64,000 nt of DNA from Dehalococcoidia bacterium (GCA_965116315.1 OZ220672.1:1636777-1700776), one strand, 5' to 3'; positions 1 to 9,499 are shown, numbered from the stretch's first letter. The notes: generated from the sequence alone by a model not told the origin. Translations and numbers: made by a program.

Positions 1-134
1 CGCAGGTTTTCGAGACGCGGGGCGGGAGGATCGCGAGGATCACGCTGGTGTTCGACACGGGGGCTTTCGCCTAGCTTCGCTCCGCACTGTGGTGGCCACC
101 GCAAGTACCCTTGAGGAGCTACCTGAATTCGCAT

Positions 135-166
135 AGCACTGCCCTTCGACAGGCTCAGGGCGAACG
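135..166. repeat. REP-like repeat family B copy (AGCACTGCCCTTCGACAGGCTCAGGGCGAACG)
   Basis: Near-identical copies at 9431-9462, 17562-17590 and 17633-17664. A split copy flanks the IS110 element. Confidence 0.7.
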
Positions 167-282
167 CACCTGTCCTCGATTCCACCCCCCGCAGGAACGA
201 CGGAGTGGGCGCTCGGCGGGTGGGCACGCGGGTACGCCCCCCAACGTGCCATCTGCTGCCAAGGGAGGGGACGCTCTGGGTG

Positions 283-1425
283 TTAGAGCTGGCCGGCTGC
301 GTGCTTGTGGAAGTAGGGCCAGTCCCACTCTGCGCCCCAGCCGGGGCCGGATGGCGGGGCGACGTGGCCGTCGACTACGTCGAGGGGGTTGAGCATGCCT
401 ATCTCGGTGGAGGACCGCCCGGTGTGGCCGCGGTACTCGCCGAAGGTCTCGTAGTAGCCGGTGTTGGAGATGGACGCTAGCAGGTGGGCGTGGACGAGGC
501 CGTAGAGCCCGCCGTTGCCGTTCAGCTCGATGTTTGCGCCGTGCAGCTCGGCGAGGTGGGCGAGCTTGAGTATGGCGGTGGTGCCATGACGGGCGTTGGC
601 GCGGATCATGTCCGTCGCGCCGGAGATGAGCCACTGGGCCTGCAGGTCGACGTCGTTCATCATCATCTCGGGGGCGAGGATGGGGACGTCGAGGGCGTCG
701 CACAGGGCCTTCATCTTGTTGTGCTGGCGCTCGGGCAGGGGCTCCTCGAACCAGCGGTAGTCGAGCTCCTCGAGGGCGCGCCCGACGCGCAGGGCCTCCT
801 CGAAGGTGTAGATGCCGACGGCGTCGTGCATGATCTCGATGTCCGGGCCCACGGCGTCGCGGACGGCCTCGAACCATTGGAGGTTCTCGCGGACCGAGTG
901 GTAGAAGTGGTCCTTTATGGCCGGGAATCCCTCTGCGACGGCCATGCGGGAGTCTTCGGCGGCCTCCTCCTTGGTCTCACCGCGGATGTTCATGTATACG
1001 GGCGTCTTCTCGCGGACGCGGCCCAACAGGGAGTAGACGGGGAGCCCGGCGGCCTTGCCGAGAATGTCCCAGAGGCAGTTGTCGAAGGAGCCGAGCCAGC
1101 CGGGCGGCTGGTAGAGCCAGCGTGTGCCGGTGTGGAGGGCCTGGTAGAGTCGCTCGCGGTCGAGTGGGTCCTTGCCCACGACGAGGAAGCGGAGCTGCTC
1201 GAGGGAGGCGGAGGTGAGGTCGGCGGAGGCCCCGGCGTCGGCCGTGCAAGCCCCGACGATGCCCTCGTCGGTCTCGACGCGCATCACGGGCATGACGCCG
1301 GGCTCCGTGGACACGAGGTCGTGCTTCCAACGGTCGCGCCTCATGCCTGGGAGCAGGATGAGGTCGAATGTGCGGCTTGCGCCGGCGGCCGGGAGCAGGT
1401 GTACGGTGACGCTGGTGATCTTCAT
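283..1425 (-). CDS. enolase-superfamily enzyme (mandelate racemase / muconate lactonizing enzyme family)
   Basis: C-terminal 380 aa of ORF 283..1824, starting MKITSVTVHLLP at an in-frame ATG (1425). MR/MLE-like sequence throughout (GLPVYSLLGR, DYRWFEEP). The upstream 133 aa of the ORF look non-coding. Confidence 0.8.
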   Translation of the reverse strand: MKITSVTVHLLPAAGASRTFDLILLPGMRRDRWKHDLVSTEPGVMPVMRVETDEGIVGACTADAGASADLTSASLEQLRFLVVGKDPLDRERLYQALHTGTRWLYQPPGWLGSFDNCLWDILGKAAGLPVYSLLGRVREKTPVYMNIRGETKEEAAEDSRMAVAEGFPAIKDHFYHSVRENLQWFEAVRDAVGPDIEIMHDAVGIYTFEEALRVGRALEELDYRWFEEPLPERQHNKMKALCDALDVPILAPEMMMNDVDLQAQWLISGATDMIRANARHGTTAILKLAHLAELHGANIELNGNGGLYGLVHAHLLASISNTGYYETFGEYRGHTGRSSTEIGMLNPLDVVDGHVAPPSGPGWGAEWDWPYFHKHAAGQL

Positions 1426-1513
1426 GGGGGCATGATACGGGAGATGGGGTGCGGTTGCCATAGGTATGGGAGGCCAGTAGAATCGCCTGTAGGAGAAGTG
1501 AAGGAAGGACGGC

Positions 1514-1831
1514 ATGTCGGACACTGAGATCACCTTGGAAAGGCTGAGAGACGAAGCGTACGTGAGGGAGCTTGTCGAGAGTATGGGCGGCCCAGGGGCG
1601 ATCATCGCGAGCATACGGGAGTATGGTCTGATCGTCGAGCGCATGTGGGCTGAGAGAGCCGCCTTGACGAAAGCGCATCCGAATCGGTGGGTGGCGATGG
1701 GAAGGGACGGTGTCCTGGCAGTCGGCGACTCCATGGATGAGGTGCTCGAAGAGGTTGAGAGCCAGGGTATACGCGGGGGAGACATCGTCATCGAGTTTCT
1801 CGACACGGACCCACCCCTGCTCATCCTTTGA
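1514..1831 (+). CDS. small DUF5678-like protein
   Basis: 105 aa. The C-terminal half (HPNRWVAMGRDGVLAVGDSMDEVLEEVES) resembles the DUF5678 family as I remember it. Its stop overlaps the next gene's start (TTGA). Confidence 0.5.
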   Translation: MSDTEITLERLRDEAYVRELVESMGGPGAIIASIREYGLIVERMWAERAALTKAHPNRWVAMGRDGVLAVGDSMDEVLEEVESQGIRGGDIVIEFLDTDPPLLIL

Positions 1832-2259
1832 TAGCAGGCAAGTTCGATGAGTTCGGTCGGCCTTATGTGGAGGGACGACTAATCCTACCCCGGCTGAGGG
1901 TCGATCAGAGAATAGACTTCTTGGTAGACACGGGAGCAGATAGAACCTGCCTGCACTCACAAGATATTCGTAGAGTGCGGATGCCAATTGAGAAACTGGG
2001 AAACCGCACGGAGTACAGGGGGATAGGTGGAAGGTCCCGGTACTACCGTGAACCGGCCCTCCTGGGCTTCGACGACCAAGCTCACACAAGACACTATGTG
2101 ATCGAGTTGCTTGTGGCGGAACCAACTCCCCACCACGAAGGCTTGCCCTCGCTGCTGGGCCGGGATATCGTCAACCGCTGGTACATGCAGTACGACCCAA
2201 CAAGGTCGCGGCTCGAATGCACCGTGAGACATGCAGACTTCACGCTTGGATCCACATGA
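1828..2259 (+). CDS. retropepsin-like (clan AA) aspartic protease
   Basis: 143 aa with the catalytic-type motif FLVDTGADRT and a later LLGRDI flap-like motif. TTG start, translationally coupled to the upstream small ORF. Confidence 0.7.
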   Translation: MIAGKFDEFGRPYVEGRLILPRLRVDQRIDFLVDTGADRTCLHSQDIRRVRMPIEKLGNRTEYRGIGGRSRYYREPALLGFDDQAHTRHYVIELLVAEPTPHHEGLPSLLGRDIVNRWYMQYDPTRSRLECTVRHADFTLGST

Positions 2260-2301
2260 TCACCCGCTGCCACACAGCCCGTACTTTCTAGCACACGTAC
2301 C

Positions 2302-3438
2302 ATGACTGTTTCGCACTGGCAGGAGACGGCGGGGGGGCAGGAACGGGTCAGCCATGACGTGGTGGTGGTAGGCGCGGGGCTGATCGGCTCGTACATGGCC
2401 GGGCTGCTGGCGGAGTCCGGCAGGGACACGGCGGTGGTGGAGAAGCACTACCCGGCGTCGGGCGCCAGCGGCAGGAACGCCGGCATGGTGCTGCTGGGCA
2501 TGCGGGACAGCTACAACGAGACGACGGAGCGGTTCGGGCGCGAAGCCGCCCTGGAGATCTGGCGCATGACCGACGCGAACGTGCGGCGGATGCGGGAGCT
2601 TTCGCAGAAGTACGAGGTGGAGCACGAGGAGATCGGGACGTACTACTTCGGGGGCTCGCGGGAGGGCGACGAGGACCTGCGGCTGAGCGCGGGTATGCTG
2701 GAGCGCGAGGGGTTTTCGACCGAGTACTACGACCGGGACCCGCTCGACCGGGGGTTCGGTCCCGCGATGCTCCAGCCGGACGATTTCGCCACGCACCCGG
2801 CGCAGCTCACCCAAGCCCTCGCGCGGACGTGCGGGGCGGCGCTGTACGAGAACGACGAGGTGTTCGCCATCGAGCGCAGCGGCGCAGGGATGAGGGTGAC
2901 GACGCGGAGCCACGTCATCGAGTGCGAGAAGGTGATGCTGGCGGTGAACGGCTACGCGGGGCTGGTCGACCCGTTCTTCCTGCCGTATGTGGCCCCGGCG
3001 CGCGGGCAGGTGCTGCTGACAGAGCCAGCGCCGAGGATGCTCGACGTGATGTGCATGAACTACAAGGAGTGCTACTACCGTCAGCTTCCCGACGGCAGGC
3101 TGCTGGTCGGCGGCGGCAGATGGCAGCACGTGGAGCAGGAGCACACGTGGTCGGACGAGGTAACGGACAACGTCCAGCGGTTCATCGCGAGCTTCATCAG
3201 GCGGCACTTCCCTGAGGGTACGGAGGCGGGGGTGAGCCGCCGGTGGGCGGGCATCCACGGGATGACGGAGGACGGACTGCCGATACTGGGGAGCCTGCCG
3301 CACCAGCCCAACGTCTACTTCTGCGTGGGGTTCACCGGGCACGGCAACTCGATGGGGCTGGTTGCGGGGGAGCGCGCGGTGGACATGATGCTGAACGGCA
3401 CGGACCCGGGGGTGCTTAGCATCGAGCGGATGGAGTGA
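2302..3438 (+). CDS. FAD-dependent oxidoreductase (DAO / glycine-D-amino-acid oxidase family)
   Basis: 378 aa. N-terminal Rossmann motif DVVVVGAGLIGSY..VVEK and SGASGRNAG, as in the DAO family. Confidence 0.85.
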   Translation: MTVSHWQETAGGQERVSHDVVVVGAGLIGSYMAGLLAESGRDTAVVEKHYPASGASGRNAGMVLLGMRDSYNETTERFGREAALEIWRMTDANVRRMRELSQKYEVEHEEIGTYYFGGSREGDEDLRLSAGMLEREGFSTEYYDRDPLDRGFGPAMLQPDDFATHPAQLTQALARTCGAALYENDEVFAIERSGAGMRVTTRSHVIECEKVMLAVNGYAGLVDPFFLPYVAPARGQVLLTEPAPRMLDVMCMNYKECYYRQLPDGRLLVGGGRWQHVEQEHTWSDEVTDNVQRFIASFIRRHFPEGTEAGVSRRWAGIHGMTEDGLPILGSLPHQPNVYFCVGFTGHGNSMGLVAGERAVDMMLNGTDPGVLSIERME

Positions 3439-3469
3439 TGATGGTGCGGCCCGTTCCCGCCGTTGGACA

Positions 3470-3720
3470 GCTGGGCGGCAAGATGGGAGGGCGGGTTTCA
3501 AACCCGCCCCTACAGGCCGACGATCTTCGCCCGTTACGCCTGGTCGCACGCACTAAGTCACCCTCGCCCAGACCCTCTCCCGTCGAGGGACAGCAGGGCA
3601 GCAAGATGGGAGGGCGGGTTTCAAACCCGCCCCTACAGGCCGACGATCTTCGCCCGGTCGCAGGCGCTAAGTTACCCTCACCCAGACCCTCTCCCGTCGA
3701 GGGAGAGGGGGTAAGAGGGC
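3470..3720. repeat. tandem duplication (2 x ~122 bp) of a composite REP unit (family A hairpin + family E hairpin)
   Basis: The hairpin GGGCGGGTTTCAAACCCGCCC occurs at 3489-3509 and 3612-3632, each followed by CCTACAGGCCGACGATCTTCGCCC ... CCCAGACCCTCTCCCGTCGAGGGA. The two units are nearly identical. Confidence 0.85.
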
Positions 3721-3727
3721 TCTCGGC

Positions 3728-4579
3728 GTGAGTCCGGTTGTCGATTTTCATACGCATGTTTACCCGGAGTGGCTTCGGGATGGGCGGGAGAGGTACGCGG
3801 CGGCGGATGCTACCTTCGGGGAGCTGTTTGCCGACCCGAAGGCGCGGATGGCGACGGCCGAGGAGCTGGTCGCGGCGATGGACCGGGACGGGGTGGACCG
3901 GTCGGTGGTGATGGGGATCGGGTGGACGGACCGGGGCCTCGCGCGGGAGGCGAACGACTACATCGTCGAGGCGGTCTCGCGGTACCCGGGCCGGCTCAGC
4001 GGGTTCGGCGGTGTGAACCCCGACTGGGGCGAGGGCACGGCGCTGGAGGCGGAGCGGTGCGCGTCCGCGGGTCTCGTGGGCGTCGGGGAGCTGCATCCCG
4101 ATACGCAGGGGTACGACCTGGGCGACGAGGGCGCGATGGGGCCGCTGATGGAGGCGGCCGGGGCGCTGGGGCTGATCGTGCTGACGCACTCGTCGGAGCC
4201 GGTGGGGCACATGTACCAGGGCAAGGGTGAGACGCGGCCTGAGGTGCTGTGGCGGTTCATCCAGAACTTCCCCGACGCGACGATAGTGTGCGCGCACTGG
4301 GGAGGCGGGCTGCCCTTCTACGCGCTGATGCCGGAGGTGAAGGAGGGGCTGGCGAACGTCTATTTCGACACGGCGGCTTCGCCGTTCCTGTACGTCCGCC
4401 GGGTGTTCGAGGCCGGCGCAAGACTGGTCGGGGCTGATCGGATACTGCTGGGGAGCGATTATCCGCTGGTGAGGGCGAGCCGGCTGCTTCGGCAGGTCGA
4501 GAAGGCGGAGCTGGCTGAGGGGGACAAGGCGGCGATCAGGGGTGGGAACGCGGCGGGGCTGTTGGGGTTGATCGAGTAG
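3728..4579 (+). CDS. amidohydrolase-family metal-dependent hydrolase (TIM barrel)
   Basis: 283 aa. Begins VVDFHTHVYPEW (HxH metal motif). Later motifs (HSSEP, CAHWGGG, GSDYP) fit the Amidohydro_2 family. Confidence 0.8.
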   Translation: MSPVVDFHTHVYPEWLRDGRERYAAADATFGELFADPKARMATAEELVAAMDRDGVDRSVVMGIGWTDRGLAREANDYIVEAVSRYPGRLSGFGGVNPDWGEGTALEAERCASAGLVGVGELHPDTQGYDLGDEGAMGPLMEAAGALGLIVLTHSSEPVGHMYQGKGETRPEVLWRFIQNFPDATIVCAHWGGGLPFYALMPEVKEGLANVYFDTAASPFLYVRRVFEAGARLVGADRILLGSDYPLVRASRLLRQVEKAELAEGDKAAIRGGNAAGLLGLIE

Positions 4580-4585
4580 CTGCGG

Positions 4586-6805
4586 TTACTGGGGGCGCTG
4601 GGGGACCTGGATAGGGACGTCGGGGGAGACGTAGACGACTACGTCGGAGCTTCCGAGGGACGCGCTTAGCTCGCGGAACAGGAAGTAGTCCATGACGGTG
4701 CGCCAGGAGTCGCGGTCTATGGCTGATCGGGCGAGCTTTTCGGGGGTCAGGCCGCGGTAGTTCTCGGGGAACCACCACCTGTGGGGGATGCGGACGCCGC
4801 TCTCGTATTGCCCCGCCAGGACGTCGTCGGATCTGGGCCTGTTGTCGGCGTTGAGGAGGAGGATGGAGGCGTCGGGGGCCTCGGTGATCGGCTCGGAGTA
4901 GCCCGCGTATCCCACGCCCGAGCGGCCGCGGAGGTACCAGGCCCAGGGCCAACTGAAGCCGCCCGCGCCGTCGATGGTAATGGTGGTGGAGTCGTCCGAC
5001 TCGTCGATGTTGTCGACGATCTCCCGGTAGACTCCGGCGAGGGCCGGGGAAGTCTGGGTGTAGACGAGCATTTCGACGGGTGTGTCGCCGTTCCGGTACG
5101 CTGCGTACCAGGTGGCCCTGGCGGTGAGGGCCAGCAGGAGCAGTGCGAGAGACACCGCGGCGACGGACCAGAAATTGCGTGGGCCGACGAGCCTGGATAT
5201 CCAGTAGCCGAGTGCGGCCAGGCAGGCGAGCCCAGCCACCATCCCAACCACGACCAGGTAGCCGTCCCTCCCCTCCGGTTCGGCGAAGGCCAGGAGCCAA
5301 ACGCCCGCGACGAACAGGAGAACGCCGGGGACGATCAAGACGCCGTACCGCCAGGCGCGCCTCCACTCTATCCCCTCGACGACGTCGCCGAGGAACTTGC
5401 CCGCGAGGACTACCAGGGGCAGGGCGAGGTTCACGAGGAGCCAGGGCATCTTCTCCGTGATGTAGGTGTAGAGGAGGAATGTGGCCACGCACCAGAAGAC
5501 GAGGAACAGGCCGAAGCGGTCGCGGCGTCGCCAGTAGAAGACGGCGCCCGCGACGGCGAACAGGAGGGGCAGGAACTCGTACAGGGGCGTGATCACGAGG
5601 TAGTAGTAGAGGGGCTGGTTGCCCCTGGCCACGTCCTGCTGGACGATCCAGTAGCCGAGAGACTGCCAGATGCCGCTGCCCAAGCCGAGCGGGTTGGTGA
5701 AGAAGGTCGAGTAGAGCAGCACCCAGACGACGCCGAAGATGGCGGCGCACTTCCACCAGACGAATCCGGCCCACTTCGAGCCGACGGTCGCGGAAACCCA
5801 CAGCAGGAAGCCGATGGTGACCGCGGCGATCACTATGCCCCCGCCGGACGGCGCGCCGATCCTGGGGCTGCCCACCGGGCTGGCGAGCACCAGGCTGGTC
5901 CCGCCCAGAAAGGACACGTCCTGCACCATGCTGATCAGCGCGGCGCCGAGGGGCAGGGACAGGGTGAAGAGGAGGACGAAGAGACTGGCCTGGCGAGAGG
6001 GACTCTCGAAGCGAAGACTACGCTGGAGGGTCTGCCACGCACCCCCGACGAGCTGGCCCAGCGCCTGCAGGGGGTTCGAGTCCCCTACCCTGACCAGCGC
6101 CGTGATCGAGGACCAGTTGTTCGACAGGATCTCGACGAGCAGGTAGCTGCCCAGGATGGTGGTGATGACGTATGCGCTCTCCTTGGTCGCGAATGCGAGA
6201 GCGAGCAGACCCGACACCCAGAACAGGTACTTTGTCCTGCCCTCGTCGAGGAAGCGCCACATCGCTATGACGAGGCCGAGGGTCCAGACGGCCATGAGGA
6301 TGTCGTTTCGGGCGAAGCGGCTGAAGTAGAACATGGCGGGCGACGCGGCCAGCATCACGGCGACGAGGAGGGCCCCGGTGCGCCCCAGGCGGCTCCTCAG
6401 GAAAAAGGGCAGAGCGACCAGGACGGTCCCGGCGAGGGCGTAGAGGAGCCGGGCGGTGAAGTCGCTGTCGCCCAGCAGGAGGAATATGCCGGCGGTGGCC
6501 TCCATCTGGAAGGGGCCGTGCATCATGGGGTCGTGGCGGTAGCCGTCGCCCACGGCGAGGTTGTAGGAGTAGAGGGCGTGGAGGCTCTCGTCGTGGTGCA
6601 TGGCGCGGGAGCCGAGGTCCCAGAGCCGGGCGACGAGGGCTGCGATGACTAGGGCCGGGTAGGCTATGATTTCCGCGAGGTTGAGGGTCCCGTTTGCGAG
6701 GCCGGTCCTGAGACTGGCTGGGACTCGTCGGACTGCGTTCCACAGCGCCGGCCGCCGGGGGGTTGCGACTGGAGGCGCGGCTGTATCTGTGTGTTCGGAG
6801 CTCAT
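4586..6805 (-). CDS. polytopic membrane glycosyltransferase-like protein (ArnT/PMT_2 / TIGR03663-like)
   Basis: 739 aa with many hydrophobic helices. N-terminal loop motif MHHDESLHALYSY..HDPMMHGPF is typical of this family as I remember it. ATG at 6805. Confidence 0.7.
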   Translation of the reverse strand: MSSEHTDTAAPPVATPRRPALWNAVRRVPASLRTGLANGTLNLAEIIAYPALVIAALVARLWDLGSRAMHHDESLHALYSYNLAVGDGYRHDPMMHGPFQMEATAGIFLLLGDSDFTARLLYALAGTVLVALPFFLRSRLGRTGALLVAVMLAASPAMFYFSRFARNDILMAVWTLGLVIAMWRFLDEGRTKYLFWVSGLLALAFATKESAYVITTILGSYLLVEILSNNWSSITALVRVGDSNPLQALGQLVGGAWQTLQRSLRFESPSRQASLFVLLFTLSLPLGAALISMVQDVSFLGGTSLVLASPVGSPRIGAPSGGGIVIAAVTIGFLLWVSATVGSKWAGFVWWKCAAIFGVVWVLLYSTFFTNPLGLGSGIWQSLGYWIVQQDVARGNQPLYYYLVITPLYEFLPLLFAVAGAVFYWRRRDRFGLFLVFWCVATFLLYTYITEKMPWLLVNLALPLVVLAGKFLGDVVEGIEWRRAWRYGVLIVPGVLLFVAGVWLLAFAEPEGRDGYLVVVGMVAGLACLAALGYWISRLVGPRNFWSVAAVSLALLLLALTARATWYAAYRNGDTPVEMLVYTQTSPALAGVYREIVDNIDESDDSTTITIDGAGGFSWPWAWYLRGRSGVGYAGYSEPITEAPDASILLLNADNRPRSDDVLAGQYESGVRIPHRWWFPENYRGLTPEKLARSAIDRDSWRTVMDYFLFRELSASLGSSDVVVYVSPDVPIQVPQRPQ

Positions 6806-6989
6806 GGGGCAGGTTCTATTTTATCAAACGGGGGTTATGGGGTGTTCGAGGGAAGGTTCTGCTGGCTCTCGAGGGGAGAGTCTTCCTCCATTCGCCCTGC
6901 TATGGCAGGGCCGTTCCAAGGCAAGGACCTTAGATTCCTCACTTCGCTTCGCTGCGTTCGGAATCACTATGGCCCTGCGAAGGCCACAT

Positions 6990-7112
6990 GAGTGGATGAA
7001 ATGGCGTCGTCTTTTGGCATGGTCGAGGCCGACCCCACCCCAGGTCCTTCGTCGAAGACTCCTCAGGACGACATTGTGTGGTGGGCAGGCGCCATTTTCA
7101 TAGTAATGACAG
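6990..7112. repeat. ~120-bp MITE/REP-like element, family D
   Basis: Near-identical to 11953-12076 (GAGTGGATGA..GGCATGGTCGAGGCCGACCCCACCCCAGGTCCTTCGTCG..ACTCCTCAGGACGACAT..TTTTCATAGT). A partial copy lies at 7786-7831. Confidence 0.8.
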
Positions 7113-7228
7113 ACACCCTTGGCTGCGTTCGGAGTGACAGCGCCCTTGACTACGTTCGGGATGACAGCCACTGAGGTACGCACACGTTTGGTTGTGAGAG
7201 CTACAAGGTCAGGGAGAGGGGGTACGAG

Positions 7229-7699
7229 CTAGTAGAGGGTGCCGCTTTGCCAGCGGCGGAAGATCAGCCACATGAGGAGGAAGACTGCGAGGATTACGAC
7301 TGCGCCAGCGAAGTCGTGGGCGAGGGCGGCGTTCGTGGCGTCGCCGAGCATGGGCCGGATCGCGGCGGCTCCGGATACGCCCATGAGGATGGCTATTGGG
7401 GCGACCAGGCCGAGGGGGACGTAGACCTTGCGCCGGAGCCTGACGACCCTGAAGAAGGTGGCGTTCAGCATGGCGAAGATGACGCAGACGAGGTAAGAGA
7501 CGACGCCTATTGCGCCCAGGCGGTCGAGTACGAAGGGGACGAGGAGGTAGGCGATGGCGAGTCCGAGGGCGAGGTATATGAAGCGGAGGCCGCGCACGGG
7601 CTCGCGCCACGCGGCGGACCAGGCTTTCCTGGTGCTCCGCCAGCGGGAGGCCAGCAGCTTGCATGGGAGGCGGAGGAGTTTTCTTGTGAGCTTGGGCAT
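7229..7699 (-). CDS. hypothetical membrane protein
   Basis: 156 aa, ATG start, basic N-terminus followed by about four hydrophobic segments. No family recognised. Confidence 0.5.
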   Translation of the reverse strand: MPKLTRKLLRLPCKLLASRWRSTRKAWSAAWREPVRGLRFIYLALGLAIAYLLVPFVLDRLGAIGVVSYLVCVIFAMLNATFFRVVRLRRKVYVPLGLVAPIAILMGVSGAAAIRPMLGDATNAALAHDFAGAVVILAVFLLMWLIFRRWQSGTLY

Positions 7700-7785
7700 T
7701 GCTGGCTATCGAAGCATACCAGCCGCGCCTGGGGGACTCGGACTGACGGGTTGGACAACAGGCGACGTCGTCCCCTGGCGCAGCC

Positions 7786-7831
7786 GAGGCCGACCCCGCC
7801 CCAGGTCCCTCGCCAAGGCTCGGGACGACAT
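7786..7831. repeat. partial family D repeat
   Basis: GAGGCCGACCCCGCCCCAGGTCCCTCGCCAAGGCTCGGGACGACAT matches the core of the 6990 and 11953 elements. Confidence 0.6.
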
Positions 7832-7905
7832 CGGGGATGGGAGGCCGTGTCCCAGGGTTGAGAATGGGCGTGCCGCCAAGGAGAGGGGTTGCGCCAAGAT
7901 CCAGG

Positions 7906-8064
7906 CTAGCGGCGGGGGATGAAGTACCTGCGGGCTATGAAGAGTGCCAGGGACCCCGCGAATGCCAGGAGTATCATTGGCATGTTGCCAGCCACGAGGC
8001 CGATGATGAAGACGGCGACCGTTGCGACGAAGATGCCCAGGAATATGTAGTACTTGCGGTCCAT
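7906..8064 (-). CDS. possible 52-aa two-helix membrane peptide
   Basis: Hand-translated ORF below the track size cutoff: MDRKYYIFLGIFVATVAVFIIGLVAGNMPMILLAFAGSLALFIARRYFIPRR. AGGAG lies about 10 nt upstream. Speculative. Confidence 0.3.
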   Translation of the reverse strand: MDRKYYIFLGIFVATVAVFIIGLVAGNMPMILLAFAGSLALFIARRYFIPRR

Positions 8065-8164
8065 GATCGCGGCGCTCCTGTCTTCCGATCCTTCAATACT
8101 ATCTCAAGTCCACATGCGGGGCTGCCGGAGCACTGCCCCCGTATCAAGTACGGAACCTTGTATG

Positions 8165-9097
8165 TCAAGACACTGTGGCGAGTTCTGGTGTTGGCGTTAA
8201 CATTTCTTTCATCTCACGGTAGATCTGGCGAGCCAGGTAGGTCTTGAGGACCCGTATGGCCTCCCTGTGAGTTTTGCCTTCTTGTTCCTTGCGAGCCACG
8301 AGGGCCTTGGACGCTTCGTCTATACGCAGACGGGTGCGAGCGATGATGTGTATAGCCCAGTTGAGACGTCGGTTGCCGCCTCGATTGACTCGTGCATGTT
8401 TGCTCGCTCCGCTCTCGCGCGGGACGGGCGCCGCTCCGCAGTAGCTGGCAAAGTGGTGCTGGGTCTTGAAGCGTTCGATGTCCCCAACCTCGGCCAACAG
8501 CAACCCGGCTATGACAGGTCCCACGCCTTGAAGGTCCAGCAGCCCTGGGGCCACGGACTGGACCATCTGGTCGATCTGCCCCTCCAGTGTATTCAGCTCC
8601 TGCTCCAACGTATCGACGACACGCTCCAAACTCTCTCTTGCCGATGGCGTCTGCATGTCTCCCAGGCGCATCCTGTTGGCTTGGAGTTGCTGGGCCAGGT
8701 GCCTGCGGGTGCGGGTGAGTTCCTGCATTTGCCGAAGCCATGCCGGAGCTCTGACCGCAGGACGAGTCGGTTCGGCCTGCAGTACGCGGGCCACCAGCAC
8801 CGCATCGTGAGGGTCGGTCTTCCGATGCCCGCGTCGCTCAACCACTTGCTGAGTAGGTATGGGGACAACGTCCATGCCATCACCCATACAGCGCCTCAGC
8901 CACGGAGTGAAGAAGGTCTGTGTGGGACCTTCCACGGCCAGCCGGTCGCAGCCCAGGCTCTTTGCCCAAGATATGAAGGACTCCAACCCGTCCGAATCGT
9001 TCGAGAACTCTCTGACATCTCGCACCTGCCCCCGGCTATCCAGTGCCGCCGCGGCGTGGTGTCCGGGGTGAGGGTCTATACCGATGATCGTCGTCAT
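8165..9097 (-). CDS. IS110-family (DEDD) transposase
   Basis: 310 aa. Begins MTTIIGIDPHPGHH (DEDD N-domain). C-terminal YCGAAPVPRESGASKHARVNRGGNRRLNWAIH is typical of the Transposase_20 domain. Confidence 0.9.
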   Translation of the reverse strand: MTTIIGIDPHPGHHAAAALDSRGQVRDVREFSNDSDGLESFISWAKSLGCDRLAVEGPTQTFFTPWLRRCMGDGMDVVPIPTQQVVERRGHRKTDPHDAVLVARVLQAEPTRPAVRAPAWLRQMQELTRTRRHLAQQLQANRMRLGDMQTPSARESLERVVDTLEQELNTLEGQIDQMVQSVAPGLLDLQGVGPVIAGLLLAEVGDIERFKTQHHFASYCGAAPVPRESGASKHARVNRGGNRRLNWAIHIIARTRLRIDEASKALVARKEQEGKTHREAIRVLKTYLARQIYREMKEMLTPTPELATVS

Positions 9098-9313
9098 ACC
9101 GCCCCTCCTTGTGGTAGAGTCTCCCTAGGGACGTGTCTGCGCACTCCTGCGAGGAGATCGAGCCAGGGTGGCACCCTTGAATCCAGCGACGGACAAGTCC
9201 CCCAGGGGTTGCGGTGTGGGCAGTTCCGTACCAGGCCACTTATGGCAGGGCAGGCTTGGGCCACACATCGCGACCCCTATCGTGTCATAGTGACCTCTCA
9301 CTTCGCATTCGCT

Positions 9314-9345
9314 AGTGCTGTGGGCATCGCGATGCCCACAGCACT
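9314..9345. repeat. 32-nt perfect palindrome inside the IS110 5' non-coding end
   Basis: AGTGCTGTGGGCATCG|CGATGCCCACAGCACT, two 16-nt arms that are exact reverse complements (checked base by base). Confidence 0.8.
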
Positions 9346-9376
9346 ATTGCTAAGGTTGAGCTTGACATACAGGGCA

Positions 9377-9462
9377 GGCTCTTCGACAAGCTCAGGGCGA
9401 ACGATTCTTACATCGCTGCTCCAAGTCCTGAGCACTGCCCTTCGACAGGCTCAGGGCGAACG
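9377..9462. repeat. family B REP copies: right half of the split copy plus one intact copy
   Basis: The right half of the split copy is at 9382-9403 (TTCGACAAGCTCAGGGCGAACG) and the intact copy at 9431-9462. Both lie downstream of the enolase-family gene. Confidence 0.7.
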
Positions 9463-9499
9463 CATTCACGCAGCCCTGCGGGCGCTTCCAGATAGCCTC

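Larger units (their letters stand above)
8139..9381 (-). mobile_element. IS110-family insertion sequence (~1.24 kb) inserted in a family B REP copy
   Basis: The left flank ends with AGCACTGCCC (8129-8138) and the right flank resumes with TTCGACAAGCTCAGGGCGAACG (9382-9403). Joined, these reconstitute an intact family B repeat. The element encloses the IS110 transposase plus a ~280-nt 5' non-coding end. Confidence 0.6.
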
